Assembly: GCA_020137815.1 (NCBI GenBank)
Contig: CM035362.1
Coordinates: 3,596,001-3,660,000, forward strand
Direction of reading: 5' to 3'
DNA: 64,000 bases
Source: Hormiphora californensis
Taxonomy: Eukaryota; Animalia; Ctenophora
Part shown: positions 15,701 to 49,324 of the stretch, piece after piece
How positions within the stretch are numbered: the stretch's first letter is position 1
Layout: the number at the start of each line of letters is the position of its first letter
Program-made: the position numbers and the translations under genes
The notes under the pieces: generated by a model
Told to the model about the DNA's origin: nothing
The model's database searches: none
The model's input: the letters and a program-made list of their open reading frames with translations, nothing else

Positions 15701-18700
15701 ACAGACAACTGACAACACAGACAACTGTCAACACAGACAACTGACAACACAGACAACTGACAACACAGACAACTGACAACACAGACAACTGACAACACAG
15801 ACAACTGACAACTCAGACAACTGACAACACAGACAACTGACAGCACAGACAACTGACAACACAGACAACACAGACAACTGACAACACAGACAACTGACAA
15901 CACAGACAACTGACAACACAGACAACTGACAACACAGACAACTGACAACACAGACAACTGACAACACAGACAACTGACAACACAGACAACTGACAGACAA
16001 CTGAAAACACGCACAACTGTCAACACGCACAACTGACATCACAGACAACTGACAACACAGACAACTGACAACACAGACAACTGACAACACAGACAACTGA
16101 CAACACAGACAACTGACAACACAGACAACTGACAACACAGACAACTGACAACACAGACAACTGTCAGCACAGACAACTGACAACACAGACAACTGACAGC
16201 ACAGACAACTGACAACACAGACAACTGACAACACAGACAACTGACAACACAGACAACTGACAACACAGACAACTGACAACACAGACAACTGACAACACAG
16301 ACAACTGACAACATAGGCAACTGACAACACGCACAACTGACAACTGACAACACAGACAACTGACAACACAGACAACTGACAACACAGACAATTGACAACA
16401 TAGACAACTGACAACACAGACAACTGACAACACAGACAACTGACAACACAGACAACTGTCAACACAGACAACAGACATCACAGACAACTGACAACACAGA
16501 CAACTGACAACACAGACAACTGACAACACAGACAACTGACATCACAGACAACTGACAACACAGTCAACTGACTACACAGACAACTGACAACACAGACAAC
16601 TGACAACACAGACAACTGACAACACAGACAACTGACAACACAGACAACTGACAACACAGACAACTGACAACACAGACAACACTGTCAACACAGACAACTG
16701 ACAACACAGACAACTGACAACACAGACAACTGACAACACAGACAACTGACAACACAGACAACTGACAACACAGACAACACAGACAACTGACAACACACAC
16801 AACTGACAACACAGACAACTGACAACACAGACAACTGACAACACAGACAACTGACAACACAGACAACTGACAACACAGACAACTGACAACACAGTCAACT
16901 GACAACACAGTCAACTGACAACACAGACAACTGACAACACAGACAACTGACAACACAGACAACTGACAACACAGACAACTTACAACACAGACAACTGACA
17001 ACACAGACAACACAGACAACACAGACAACTGACAACACAGACAACTGACAACACAGACAACTGACAACACATACAACTGACAACAGAGACAACTGACAGC
17101 ACAGACAACTGACAACACAGACAACTGACAACACAGACAACTAACAACACAGACAACTGACAACACAGACAACTGACAGCACAGACAACTGACAGCACAG
17201 ACAACTGACAGCACAGACAACTGACAACACAGACAACTGACAACACAGACAACTGACAACACAGACAACTAACAACACAGACAACTGACAACACAGACAA
17301 CTTACAACACAGTTAACTGTCAACACAGACAACTGTCAACACAGACAACTGACAACACAGACAACTGACAACACAGACAACTGACAGCACAGACAACTGA
17401 CAACACAGACAACTGACAGCACAGACAACTGACAACACAGACAACTTACAACACAGTTAACTGTCAACACAGACAACTGTCAACACAGACAACTTACAAC
17501 ACAGTTAACTGTCAACACAGACAACTGACAACACAGACAACTGACAACACAGACAACTGACAACACAGACAACTGACAACACAGACAACTGACAACACAG
17601 ACAACTGACAACACAGACAACTGACAACACAGACAACTGACAACACAGGTAACACAGACAACTGACAAAACAGACAACACAGACAACTGACAACACAGAC
17701 AACTGACAACACAGACAACACACTCACAGACAACTGACAACACAGACAGCTGACAACACAGACAACTGACAACACATACAACTGACAACAGAGACAACTG
17801 ACAGCACAGACAACTGATAACACAGACAACTGACAACACAGACAACTGACAACACAGACAACTGACAACACAGACAACTGACAACACAGACAACTGACAA
17901 CACAGACAACTGACAACACAGACAACTGACAACACAGACAACTGACAACACAGACAACTGACAACACAGACAACTGACAACACAGACAACAGACAACTGA
18001 CAACACAGACAACTGACAACACAGACAACTGACAACACAGACAACTGACAGCACAGACAACTGACAACACAGACAACTGACAACACAGACAACTGACAAC
18101 ACAGACAACTAACAACACAGACAACTGACAACACAGACAACTGACAACACAGACAACTGACAACACAGACAACAGACAACACAGACAACACTGACAACAC
18201 AGACAACTGACAATACAGACAACTGACAACACAGACAACTAACAACACAGACAACACAGACAACTGACAACACAGACAACTGACAACACAGACAACTGAC
18301 ACCACAGACAACAGACAACACAGACAACTGGCAAGTAGCCCGTTACCAGTGTGATGAGAGATGCAGTGGTGACAATTCCAGACCAGCTATGGAAAGACCA
18401 AAACCAGTGAGATGAAATCAACGTTTCGTGGGCAGCCGCACCTGGAGAGGAGTGTGTGACTGTGGCGCTATCTATCAGAGCATTGGCCTGACCATATTTT
18501 TGGAGGAACTGTGGTCAGAGCATTGGTTTGATAGGTCTGGCTGCGTCCGAATCTGATTCTGTGTGTAAGGAAGGGGAGAGATTTGCCAATTCACACCATC
18601 TCTCACACACGACTAACCGTCATCCATGACCTTCCATGTCATGATAAAGATCAAACCAGCAACCACGAGAATAGCCGAACCCACAAGGAGGACTGCATTG

Positions 18701-19274
18701 GTTTTGTGTTGGCAGAGGAAATCAGATTCAACCAACCGGTACGCTACGACAGCTGAAACACGGGAGATTTGACAAACACGTGATAAATGGGAGATTTGAC
18801 AAACACGTGAGACGTAAAATGGGAGATTTGACAAAAACGTGAGACGTGAAATGGGAGATTTGACAAACACGTGAGACGTGAAATGGGAGATTTGACAAAC
18901 ACGTGAGACGTGAAATGGGAGATTTGACAAACACGTGAGACGTGAAATGGGAGATTTGACAAACACGTGAGACGTGAAATGGGAGATTTGACAAACACGT
19001 GAGACGTGAAATGGGAGATTTGAGAAAAACGGGAGATTTGAAATGGGAGATTTGACAAACACGTGAGACGTGAAATGGGAGATTTGACAAACACGTGAGA
19101 CGTGACATTTGATGTATTATGGGATTATGTTCTTGATCGATTGAAATTTGGCGCCACCAACCGTTTGCGAAGAGAACGGCAAAGGCAGCGACCATACACA
19201 CTTGATGCCAGTTGACAAGCCAAAATAGCCCAGTTGCCCCTGGTGCCAGACCACCCAAATATCCATAGACCCAT
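12720..19274 (-). CDS. Cytochrome b561 family (CYB561/Dcytb-like) membrane protein, divergent; first exon(s) upstream of 19274 not resolved
   Basis: Six phase-consistent GT-AG exons: 19274-19162 (WVYGYLGGLA..LVNWHQVCMVAAFAVLFAN), 18752-18618 (AVVAYRLV..HKTNAVLLVGSAILVVAGL), 18441(or 18471)-18347 (WSFHSWSGIVT), 15587-15454 (YHADH..FTLGSASVSLFTGASNIIWF), 14881-14791 (YSSRDSEAYVCNFMILLLFVQVGAILW) and 12827-12720 (..DGAHV*). These match the FNWHP, VYR, SLHSW and EA..N family motifs. Confidence 0.88.
12840..14778. repeat. 22-bp minisatellite GTGTTAACTGTCACGTGATATC (~6 copies at 12840-12967, ~53 copies at 13604-14778)
   Basis: Directly visible; fills the last intron of the b561 gene and is interrupted by a ~640-bp insert. 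Confidence 0.97.
12968..13411. mobile_element. Inverted-repeat-bounded insertion inside the 22-mer array
   Basis: GGTCAAAATTGACACTGAAGTCAAATCTATAA at 12968 and its near-perfect reverse complement ending at 13411; flanked by CACTT on both sides. Confidence 0.7.
14923..15051. repeat. 15-bp tandem repeat CAGGACTATGACTGA (~8 copies)
   Basis: Directly visible, in b561 intron 14882-15453. Confidence 0.95.
15682..18330. repeat. 16-bp minisatellite ACACAGACAACTGACA (~165 copies, 2.65 kb)
   Basis: Directly visible, in b561 intron 15588-18346; source of the spurious VVCVVSCLCCQLS ORFs. Confidence 0.98.
18757..19104. repeat. 32-bp minisatellite GGGAGATTTGACAAACACGTGAGACGTGAAAT (~11 copies)
   Basis: Directly visible; starts next to the 3' splice site of b561 intron 18753-19161. 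Confidence 0.96.
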
Positions 19275-20983
19275 CTGAAAGTGAAGTACAATGAAGATCA
19301 AGACACACGAGCTCTGGACCCGCCGCCAGACAGCAGTTTGCCCTTTAATTCTGACTCACATGAGTGATAGAGAGAAGATAACAAGGGCTAGAATTTGGAA
19401 TCCGGCGAAATAGCTCTGCCGGTATAACATGATACACTCCGCCCCACTCAAAGTCAACAAGACACAACTAGCTTAAAACCTTGGATCACAAGACAAAATA
19501 CAGACAACACGCAGCGTGTAATACATGTAGGGAAATTTGCTTACTGCCTCAAGACACACGAGCTCTGGGTTGTGTGAACTATGTGTGATATCGTAAATAC
19601 CAACATGAATTGATAACCACGTACATTATAATGCATTGACCCCATCTAACCGTACTGTGAGCTATCTGGCGCCGCGACCCATCTGAGCGCACTGTCGAAT
19701 CAAATGGGGTATGGCGCCGCCATACAGACTGTCAGACAAAACAGGGGTGAAATAAGGACACAAATAACAGGGAGACAAATTATTATTATTGTTACAAACA
19801 CCTCCACCTATCCATAACAAATTCAAAATGAAACACGTTAATTTTTTGAACAATAGATAAGATTATTAACTTAACAGTTGGAGTTTAAACAGATACACAC
19901 GTTGCCCCCAAACCTAGTTCACAGCCTGTCATAAGCGTGAATAACTTTGTGCAGAAAAAGTGCGAATTGTGGGGAAATAACTGTTTAGCGGTTCACTTCG
20001 AAAGTGATTTCTGGACTATCTAAGTTGTAATCTGTTATTTTTGTACTTCGCTAGTAATTGTACCTGACCACTCTTTCATTCCATCAGGGTGTCAGAGTGA
20101 GATCGAAGTTAAGGGTCGGGAACAAACCATAGTTTGTACAATTCCTGTCAGGCCAATGCTCTGACCACGGCTCTCGCTCACCAATGCTCTGACATTACAA
20201 CTCTGGTTTCTAACTTTCGAGAGACACACCCCACAATTGCACACTTTTTCACGTCATAATCCCTAATCATACCATCTTACATTATCAAAAAAGTTAACTA
20301 AGCACATTTTTAGCAGTATGATTAGCGGCTATAACTTAAAATAAACTCATCCCCAACATTGCATCTGTAATTAAGTTAAAATCTTTCTCTTTCAATGTTT
20401 TGTTGCCCAGATAGTAAAATATTTCATATAATGGTACAGTCGGACCACGATATATATACCGGAAACCCAGATTTACCGGAAGGATAAATTCCCCCGGTAT
20501 CTAGGAGGTATTTAACCCGATATATATACCGGGCAAAATCCTTTCCTTCCAAGCGAATAGAGCATCCCAGTAAATCGGAGTCCGACAGTATGCGAGTGTG
20601 TCGATACCAGGAAATTTTAAATAAATTAATATTGTTACTGGAAAATAATTGGAAGGAACAAGCCACCCACTGACACAGATATATCTTCAAACAAAAACAG
20701 GTTTCACAAAAAATAAGCAATTAAACTCCCAGCTTGGATACGAAATAAGCCCTCGAGCGCTGGGGAGGGGAACTTCAATACACCATACTACCAGCTTACG
20801 TTAAAATGTAGAAAATAGGGTTCCAAAGGTCACTTTTTGTCCCAACAACTCGTTTTTTGTGGGTGGTTTTTACAAAAAATTGGGAGAAATGATGATCGGG
20901 AGTACTTCATTTTATCTCTATTAAAAACTGAAACACATACACACACACGCCCTCTACACCCTCAAATATAGATCAAAAACATT

Positions 20984-21071
20984 CAGGAACCGACCGAATC
21001 AGGAAATACTGGTCCCTGATTGGCTGATAACCAGTCACGTGACCTAAATAACGAGTTCTGATTGGTTCCTG
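20984..21071 (+). mobile_element. Partial 109-bp MITE copy about 15 bp past the HECT ligase stop codon (3' UTR)
   Basis: Left TIR and body are intact; the right end is shortened to GGTTCCTG. Confidence 0.8.
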
Positions 21072-21086
21072 TTCACAAACACACCG

Positions 21087-42226
<21,140 letters not shown>

Positions 42227-43404
42227 CGATTTACACACACATACACCTGTAATTCACACAGAAAATTATTAACACTGGTAATGAGCAAGATGATGAAGTT
42301 GGCGTCTAAATATTGTTAGTTGGTGTTTTGTGGATAATTTGTTGTAATTTGTGTGTGTACATGTACTTACAAAAACAAAGTCCATGAAAACTTGTAAACA
42401 CATCACATTCTGAGGCAATGGTTATTAGTGAGGGGTTTATTGTAAAAGAACGCTAACCGATATCAGTTAATTGAACAATTTTCAACACTACTTGAAACAA
42501 TTCCTGTCTCCTAAGGAAAGCGGGATATTTAGTGTAAATTTGATTTGATTTGATTTAGGTCGCACACCAGTTTTTACCAATCACAGCTCAGAACAGTTTT
42601 ATAATGCAGGGCCAAAACGAGTACACTTAGACAGGCTTTTTTTCAAACGGAAAACTAGACGGTATCTGACAGATAATCGATAGCACCAACCGATAAACCC
42701 AAACATAACCCATAACGGGCAGCCCGGCTTGACCGCCAAACCCAGAGTTAGCCGGGCACCGTTAAGATCTGGATGTTTTAAGGCTTGTTTACAGGTGCGG
42801 GCTGTCTTGCCTCATATAAGACTGTCCTCTTTGCACCGGGACTTCGGCAAGCATTGCCAATTGCCAAAAAGTACCCCGCACTAAAATGACTCTGATCGCC
42901 GAACCACTCAACCATTTTGGCTAATTCAAAGTTTATCTGGTAGGAAATGTCAAGGCCTAACCCCCACCCAAACCCCAACCCTAAGCCTAACCCTACTTTA
43001 GCCCTGACCCTAAAAAACCGTTTGTCAGCACTCACGAAACACCCAGATTTTAACGCTGGCCAATTTTGCCACTTTGTTGGAAAACTTTTTATTTGTTAAT
43101 TTGTTTTCAATAAAAAGTCGCGCGCGGCGCGGCTTTAAAAAGTGTTGCACTTAGCAAAGTTCCGTGCCAACCGTTCACAATCTCACTTAAGTGCACTTGA
43201 GAGTTTCGGAATTATCCTACCAATATTTGTACAAACAGAAACACAAATATAATCATAGATTGTGATATAAGGTTGTTGAACGGTTTACAAAACTGTATAT
43301 GAATAGTTACACTGAAGAAGGTGTAAATTACACCTGGTAATAATGCCGTAATTACCAGCGAATAATCCTAATAATATAGTTTTAATATCATTGTGGAGTT
43401 CTGA

Positions 43405-43513
43405 CAGGAACCGACCGAAACAAGTAAACAACCAATCAGAACTCGTTATTTAGGTCACGTGACTGGTTATCAGCCAATCAGGGACCAGTATTTCTTGGTT
43501 CGGTCGGTTCCTG
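43405..43513 (-). mobile_element. 109-bp MITE copy flanked by a 24-bp direct repeat
   Basis: TTTAATATC(A/T)TTGTGGAG(T/A)TCTGA at 43381-43404 and 43514-43537. Confidence 0.85.
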
Positions 43514-44484
43514 TTTAATATCTTTGTGGAGATCTGAGAAAGTGAGATCCACCTTGTGCCTGTGGGAAATTTAAGAAGAGGAAACATCGTAGTGGACAGA
43601 AGAGTGGTACTGTGTAAACAATGAAGATTTTGTGATTTGTGTGAATATAGGGTAGCCACTAGCAGTAGCCGTATTATAATAGAAAAGAAATGGTTGCAGG
43701 GCTAGAGAAACTGCAGTAAAGCATCTCTCGCTCTAAGTCTACAGTGAAATTTCAGGTAGGGAAACATTCTTAAAACAAAACTAATCCATCTACTTTTTAA
43801 AATTACGAATTTAAAAAAGTTAACTCCTCTCTTAAAATCGCCGGGTCACTTGACGATATTTTATTTTTTCGAAAATCCATATTCTTTTTTTGACACATAA
43901 AATCCGAACGTAGGGTAAACCGGGGCAAAATGGTTAACTTTTTACTTAATCGGTTCTCACTCCCATTTAAAAAAAGATACAATGAAAAAAATTATATAGG
44001 CTTAAAGTTCATTATTTTATCTTTCAAATAAGATAAATTTCAACTCTAGGGACCATCATTTACTTAACTAAATAACTAATTGAAAAATTTTGGTCGGAAA
44101 AATTGGTACCGGGGCAATTCGAGCATCACCAATAGGAGTGCTTTATTTCGTCACGTGGGAGTCACGTGAACGTCCTCACAACATCAGAAGAAGATTCCCG
44201 CCTGGTGTTGTTAGAGGTGGGGGCAATTCGAACAATGTAATCTACACGCAATCTACACGCTGGTCGTTCTTGCTCGAATTGCCCCGGTATCACGCGTGAT
44301 CACGTGGTACAAAGAACTGCACATCATTGGCCCGGGAGTTAACCAAATTGCCCCGGTGTGTTAACCAAATTGCCCATGTTCGAATTGCCCCGGTTGTTCG
44401 AATTGCCCCGGTAATCTTAATTTACCAGAATTTGGAATGAAAACATGCGAATATTTAAATAATTTTTATACCATCTGAAAGCTG

Positions 44485-46300
44485 GGGGGGGTTCAACCTA
44501 AAAATTTCCATTTCCATTTGCCAAAATCCGGGTATCGATGGAAATTTTTAGAAGTTTTTAGAAATTTTTAGAAGTTTTTAGTACTAAAAATTTCCAAAAA
44601 TTTCTAAAAATTTCCAAAAATTTCCATTAATTTCCAAAAATTTCTAAAAATTTCTAAAAATTTCCAAAAATTTCCATTGACCAAGAAAATAAAAATTAAC
44701 AAAAACTTGAAAATATATAAACACAGTTGTCGAAGAACTGGTTCCTTTTCCTTACCTCTTGTAACAACTGAGCATCAATAAGTTATTGAATGATAGATAA
44801 GACATCGATATCATATATTTTTGGGCAATCCGTACAATTTCTTCAGAAATCATAGCTTCATTGGACAACTAAGGACGCGGACGTCTCGAAAACTGATTTA
44901 AAAGTAAGTTACCAAATACAGTCGGACCCCGATTTAACGGCACCCTCGGGGGAAAGGGTTTTGTCCGTTAAATCGGGGTGTCCGTTAAATCGGGGTAGAG
45001 TATATTTGGCCCATAAAACCCTATTTTTGTCCAAAATGCTATACTAAAACACCTTTAAGTGTTAAATGCAATGTCCATGTATTGATTACATGATCATTTC
45101 TGATTAGAAAAAGAAAATAATTTCAAAAAAAAGTTATAAAAATTTTCTAAGGTACTATATCAACCACGTCCGAATCGTTTATCGAATCAGTGCATCTTAT
45201 CGCATGTCTTGCTGCTAATTAGACGAACCCGATACGTGATACCATGCCGAATCGGGGCACTTTAAGCGGGGTGAGGAAGAATTCGAATTTCAAAATATAT
45301 TTTTCTCTGAAAATTCATGGGGAGCACCGATCAAAGCATTGACAATCATTCTGTAAAATTTTGCAAAAAAGTTATGAAAATTTTTCAAAGGTATATCAAC
45401 CACGTCCGAATCGTGTTTCGAATCAGGGCATCTTATCGCACGTCCTGTCGCTAATTAGACGGTTCGAAACGAACCGATACGTGATCCCCATCGCCATGAG
45501 GCCAGTTTAACAAGCGTCAAAATTGCGATTCGATGGGCTTCATGCCTTCATGGGGATCACGTATCGGTTCGTTTCGAACCGTCTAATTACCAGCAAGACA
45601 TGCAATAAGATGCACCGATTCGAAACACGATTCGGACGTGGTTTTTCAAAAAATTTTCAAAAAAAATCTTCAAAAAAAAATTTTCAAAAAATTTTGGGGG
45701 AAATTTATCCTGCCGTTAAATCGGGGTGCCGCTAAATCGGGGGCCGTTAAATCGGGGTCCGACTGTAGCACAAGATACCTTATGTACTTATATAAGGTGC
45801 TATTTGGTAACTTACTTTTAAATATTCCTTCGGACGGGTCCTTTTACCATGACTAATGCTTAATACCGTAGTAGATCAGGTTTCTTAGCATACAATATAG
45901 AAACTTAAACTCTTTTTTAAACTCGATAAGGGATATAGCGAGAATAAGTACTAACTTACTGTCGAAAACATGCATAGATTACCTGTCATTACCTTGGAAT
46001 TGGGTTACCGACGAACTTATATAAACTTCTAAAAGTTTCTAAAAACTTCTAAAAATTTCTAAAAATTTCTAAAAACTTCTAAAAATTTCTAAAAATTTCC
46101 ATTTACTAAAAACTTCCAAAAATTTCCATTGTCCATAAATTTCTAAAAATTTCTAAAAATTTCTAAAAATTTCCAAAAAATTCTAAAAATTTCCAAAAAT
46201 TTCCAAAAATTTCTAAAAATTTCTAAAAATTTCCAAAATAAAATTTCCATTTGCCAAAAAAGTGGGTATCAATGGAAATTTTTAGGGTTGAACCCCCCCC
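44485..46300. mobile_element. Middle element of the nest: poly-G-ended family C (10-bp AAAAATTTCY arrays)
   Basis: G7-TTCAACC(C)TAAAAATTTCCATT ... AATGGAAATTTTTAGGGTTGAA-C8; duplicated target AAAGCTG. Confidence 0.85.
44919..45765. mobile_element. Inner element of the nest: CAGTCGGACCCCGATTTAACGGC TIR element (Tc1/mariner-pogo type)
   Basis: Perfect ~23-bp TIRs, TA TSD, and an internal large inverted repeat at ~45400-45640. Confidence 0.9.
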
Positions 46301-46830
46301 AAAGCTGATATTATTAGCTTTCAGCTGGTTTTTTCAAATCGGAAATTGACCAACTTAAACCGGATCTAGAGCTTATTTAGTGGTAACGGGCAGGCTCGAA
46401 CGAGCAGTTTTCTTCTGGAGATAGGATGACGTCATTATGATAGCTTAACTAGGTGAGAGACGGGCAGTACTATGTTCGAATTGCCCCGGTTGTTCGAATT
46501 GCCCCGGTTTACCCTAAACTAGATATGCACAGTCTCCACGGACTGCAAAGTTCATAGAGCGGAAATGATGTAATACCGTTTTAAAACAAACACACACACA
46601 CAAAAGGATGCCCTGCATTGAACCTCTTTTTAACCTAAAACACTCAATTGATAATATCAATGACAGTATGTATATTGGATCTACAAAATGCATTAAACAC
46701 GCAAATAATAGGAAATAGGCAGATATGTAGATAATACTAGGAAATAGGTTCACGTTTCTCGGGAAATTCCGGACATGACTGATGCTTGTTTTGTTCCAAA
46801 CTGATGTGTGGTCTGTATTACAGTGTGCAC

Positions 46831-46939
46831 CAGGAACCAACCGAAACAAGTAAACAACCAATCAGAACTCGTTATTTAGGTCACGTGACTGGTTATCAGC
46901 CAATCAGGGACCAGTATTTCCTGATTCGGTCGGTTCCTG
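46831..46939 (-). mobile_element. 109-bp MITE copy
   Basis: Perfect 8-bp TSD GTGTGCAC. Confidence 0.92.
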
Positions 46940-47471
46940 GTGTGCACATGTAGTGAGAAAGAAAGATAGTCTCGGACAAATTATATGTTTATTCAAGGAC
47001 GTCAAACAAAATATGTTTATTGGACGTGGGGAAAGACGTCTTCCTGTAGACGTGATTTAAGATGAATGGAACACGTCCATAATGGCATGCGAGTTGGGAG
47101 CCTCCATAGGCCTTGTTTTATTCAAACAGTCTAGCTAGGCAACATTGGTAGGACTCATCATGAGTCACTCATGCGAGTTGGTATAGGATTGATAATCTTA
47201 GACAAGACATATATGTATACTAGAGGACCTAGAACATGCAATAAACACAGTTAAAAAACTAAACACAATCTCTCAGTGTGATAAAAGGGACAGAAACAGT
47301 GGATTGTGGGGTTTTACCTTTTCTCTAAAATACTGATTAGTACAATTGTCCAAAGAGAAAATTACGGTAAAATCTCCCACACTACTTATTGTCCTAGCTT
47401 GCAAGCAAGATTTGTGTCCTGACTCGCGTACTGTTATCAGTCTGTGTGACCTAAAAGTACCACTAAAATGG

Positions 47472-49324
47472 TTAATCTACTGTTTTTATGGGCGCCCATT
47501 TGAATGTTTTTTTGAAGGCCCCCACGCTGAAACCGAGGAAAAGCAGCATATCTGTGATGGTTATGATTCCAGTGACTTTCTGCTCCGAATCGAGGACTAC
47601 CACGTTGTGTGCCTGGCAGGAAGAAGAAGTGTTAGTTTTGAATTGTACATATCCAAATCTGAACCACGCGACTTGACCACAGGGGTCACCCCCTCCCCCA
47701 GCCCCGACCACACAGTTCGAATGTCAATGGAGGAAAAGTTCGAATTAGTCCCAAGAAAAACAAACAAGCCACCCTGAAGATACACTTCTATGTACCATCA
47801 GAAGTGCTAATTGTACTTCCAGTACATTGGTGAACCACGTGTTCCAAAAACCAACACCCCCCCTCCCCAGCAGTTTCTAATACTCACATTACAATCATGT
47901 AGTTTTGTGATGACATGTCGTAACGAATCCGTTTCGTATACAACCCGTGTGAGCTGTCGTTCAGGCTGGAACTGAAGGAAGGGAGTGGTTAATTTAAAGT
48001 TTTGCCAGCGGAATGATGCAGCATGGATCATCCTAACTTCATGTTTGTTGCCAAAGCGGCGCGCGCAGCATTAGTGCTGACAACTTGTTTTTTCGTTTGG
48101 TGCGCGGTAGAAAACTTCGCGCGCCACCGATCGAGAGAATCTTGGCAAACACGGGAAGTGATTGTTCTGTCTTATCCCTCATCACAAGACACACACAGCA
48201 GCAGCGTGGAGAGAGATAATATCGGTGTGCCAATTTTGTCTGTTTCTCTCACTATATTCAAGGATCATGTTCTCTCTTTTTCACACACCCACATTTCACA
48301 GCCCACCGCGCTGCAGAGACAGGTCATACGTCGGTCGTCGCCCTTACAATTATATTTCAAACAAAACAACAAATACAAAATATAACCATACCGCTTCTGG
48401 GTCGAATTTTAGGACATCGGCCACGTTGATCCTAACTTTTGTTGGGCATTCTAGTACGAGATTCTGAGGGAAAAAAGTAGGGTATGAGATCTACTTGATT
48501 TGTGAAGAGATACACTAGCGAAACATCTCGTTTTAGATCTAGAAACTTTGGAAATAATCTGAAATAATCATTCAGTTTGATTTGGTTAAAACTTACGAAG
48601 AGTAGCTTCGTATCCAAAAGGTAGGTGAAACGCCCTAAAATAGAAAATAGTCATATCAGTAAAGTATCAAATTTCAAATTTCTGTCTATACACACTTTTA
48701 TTTGGTTGAGTAGAAAAATATACTCTTCTAGAATAGAAACAACATCCCAGGTCGCAGGCATTTGGCCATATCAGAAATATTCTTAAGAAAAGGGACTACC
48801 CACCGACAGGGACCAGGAACCGACCGAAACAAGTAAACAACCAATCAGAACTCGTTATTTAGGTCACGTGACTGGTTATCAGCCAATCAGGGACCAGTAT
48901 TTCCTGATTCGGTCGGTTCCTGCTACTTACCCTGGTGATTGATAACAGGTAACGTTGTTACACCCGTCTCGGAAAACGTTGCTACAATTTCCTTCAGATT
49001 CGTATCCATTTGTACACAACAGAGATCATTAAATGTCCCAATATCGAGGGTGTTTATGGGCATATCCAGGAGCGTGATAAGTTTATAAGTCTCCAATTTA
49101 AAGTATATGTACTGATATATCCGGCGGACACCCAGCAACATGAGCGGGTTGTTTCTGTTACAGTTCGTTTCCTCGTACATGACAGCCCGTTTTTGTGGGT
49201 TTGATTTTATCGAGTTTACTGTGGTGTTCCAATCGTCAGATGGGTGGAGCCGGGCTGGTGTTGGGTATGAATTGGAGCGGTAGAGGCGGTGCCATGTTAG
49301 GGATTGGAGCTTTCTGGCATCGTA
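47472..49324 (-). CDS. AMPK gamma-subunit-like CBS-domain protein (CBS2-CBS4 exons), divergent; upstream exons probably extend to ~56.3 kb or beyond
   Basis: Phase-consistent exons 49324-48931 (LQSLTWHRLY..PLMLLGVRRIYQYI..LDIGTFNDL..GVTTLPVINHQG), 48634-48597, 48463-48392, 47971-47888 (ETDSLRHVITKLHDCN) and 47612-47472 (AHNVVVLDSEQKVTGIITITDMLLFL..*), colinear with PRKAG/SNF4 CBS2-4. Confidence 0.8.
48814..48922 (-). mobile_element. 109-bp MITE copy, 8 bp from a splice donor
   Basis: Full body and both TIRs. Confidence 0.88.

Larger units (their letters stand above)
43913..46514. mobile_element. Outer non-autonomous TA-flanked DNA transposon (pogo/Tc1-like) of a triple nest
   Basis: TA-GGGTAAACCGGGGCAA ... 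TTGCCCCGGTTTACCC-TA, with internal TTCGAATTGCCCCGG repeats at both ends. Confidence 0.85.

Noticed and set aside
15661-18421. Many Cys/Val-rich ORFs (VVCVVSCLCCQLS)n resembling metallothionein- or keratin-associated proteins
   Set aside because: They are translations of the 16-bp intronic minisatellite, open in all minus frames because the unit lacks stops.
12840-19104. Regular repeats as a CRISPR-like array
   Set aside because: Units are head to tail with no unique spacers, there are no cas genes, and the context is eukaryotic introns.
42950-43015. CCCTAA-like repeats as a telomere
   Set aside because: Short, degenerate and interstitial; more likely part of a repeat element.
43553-43705. 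CACGKFKKR..FCDLCEY reading reminiscent of the RNA polymerase beta-prime zinc-binding motif
   Set aside because: Interrupted by stops and a frame change, very short, with no flanking homology; probably chance.
47346-47777. 143-aa plus-strand ORF
   Set aside because: It overlaps the terminal CBS exon on the minus strand and has no recognisable motif.
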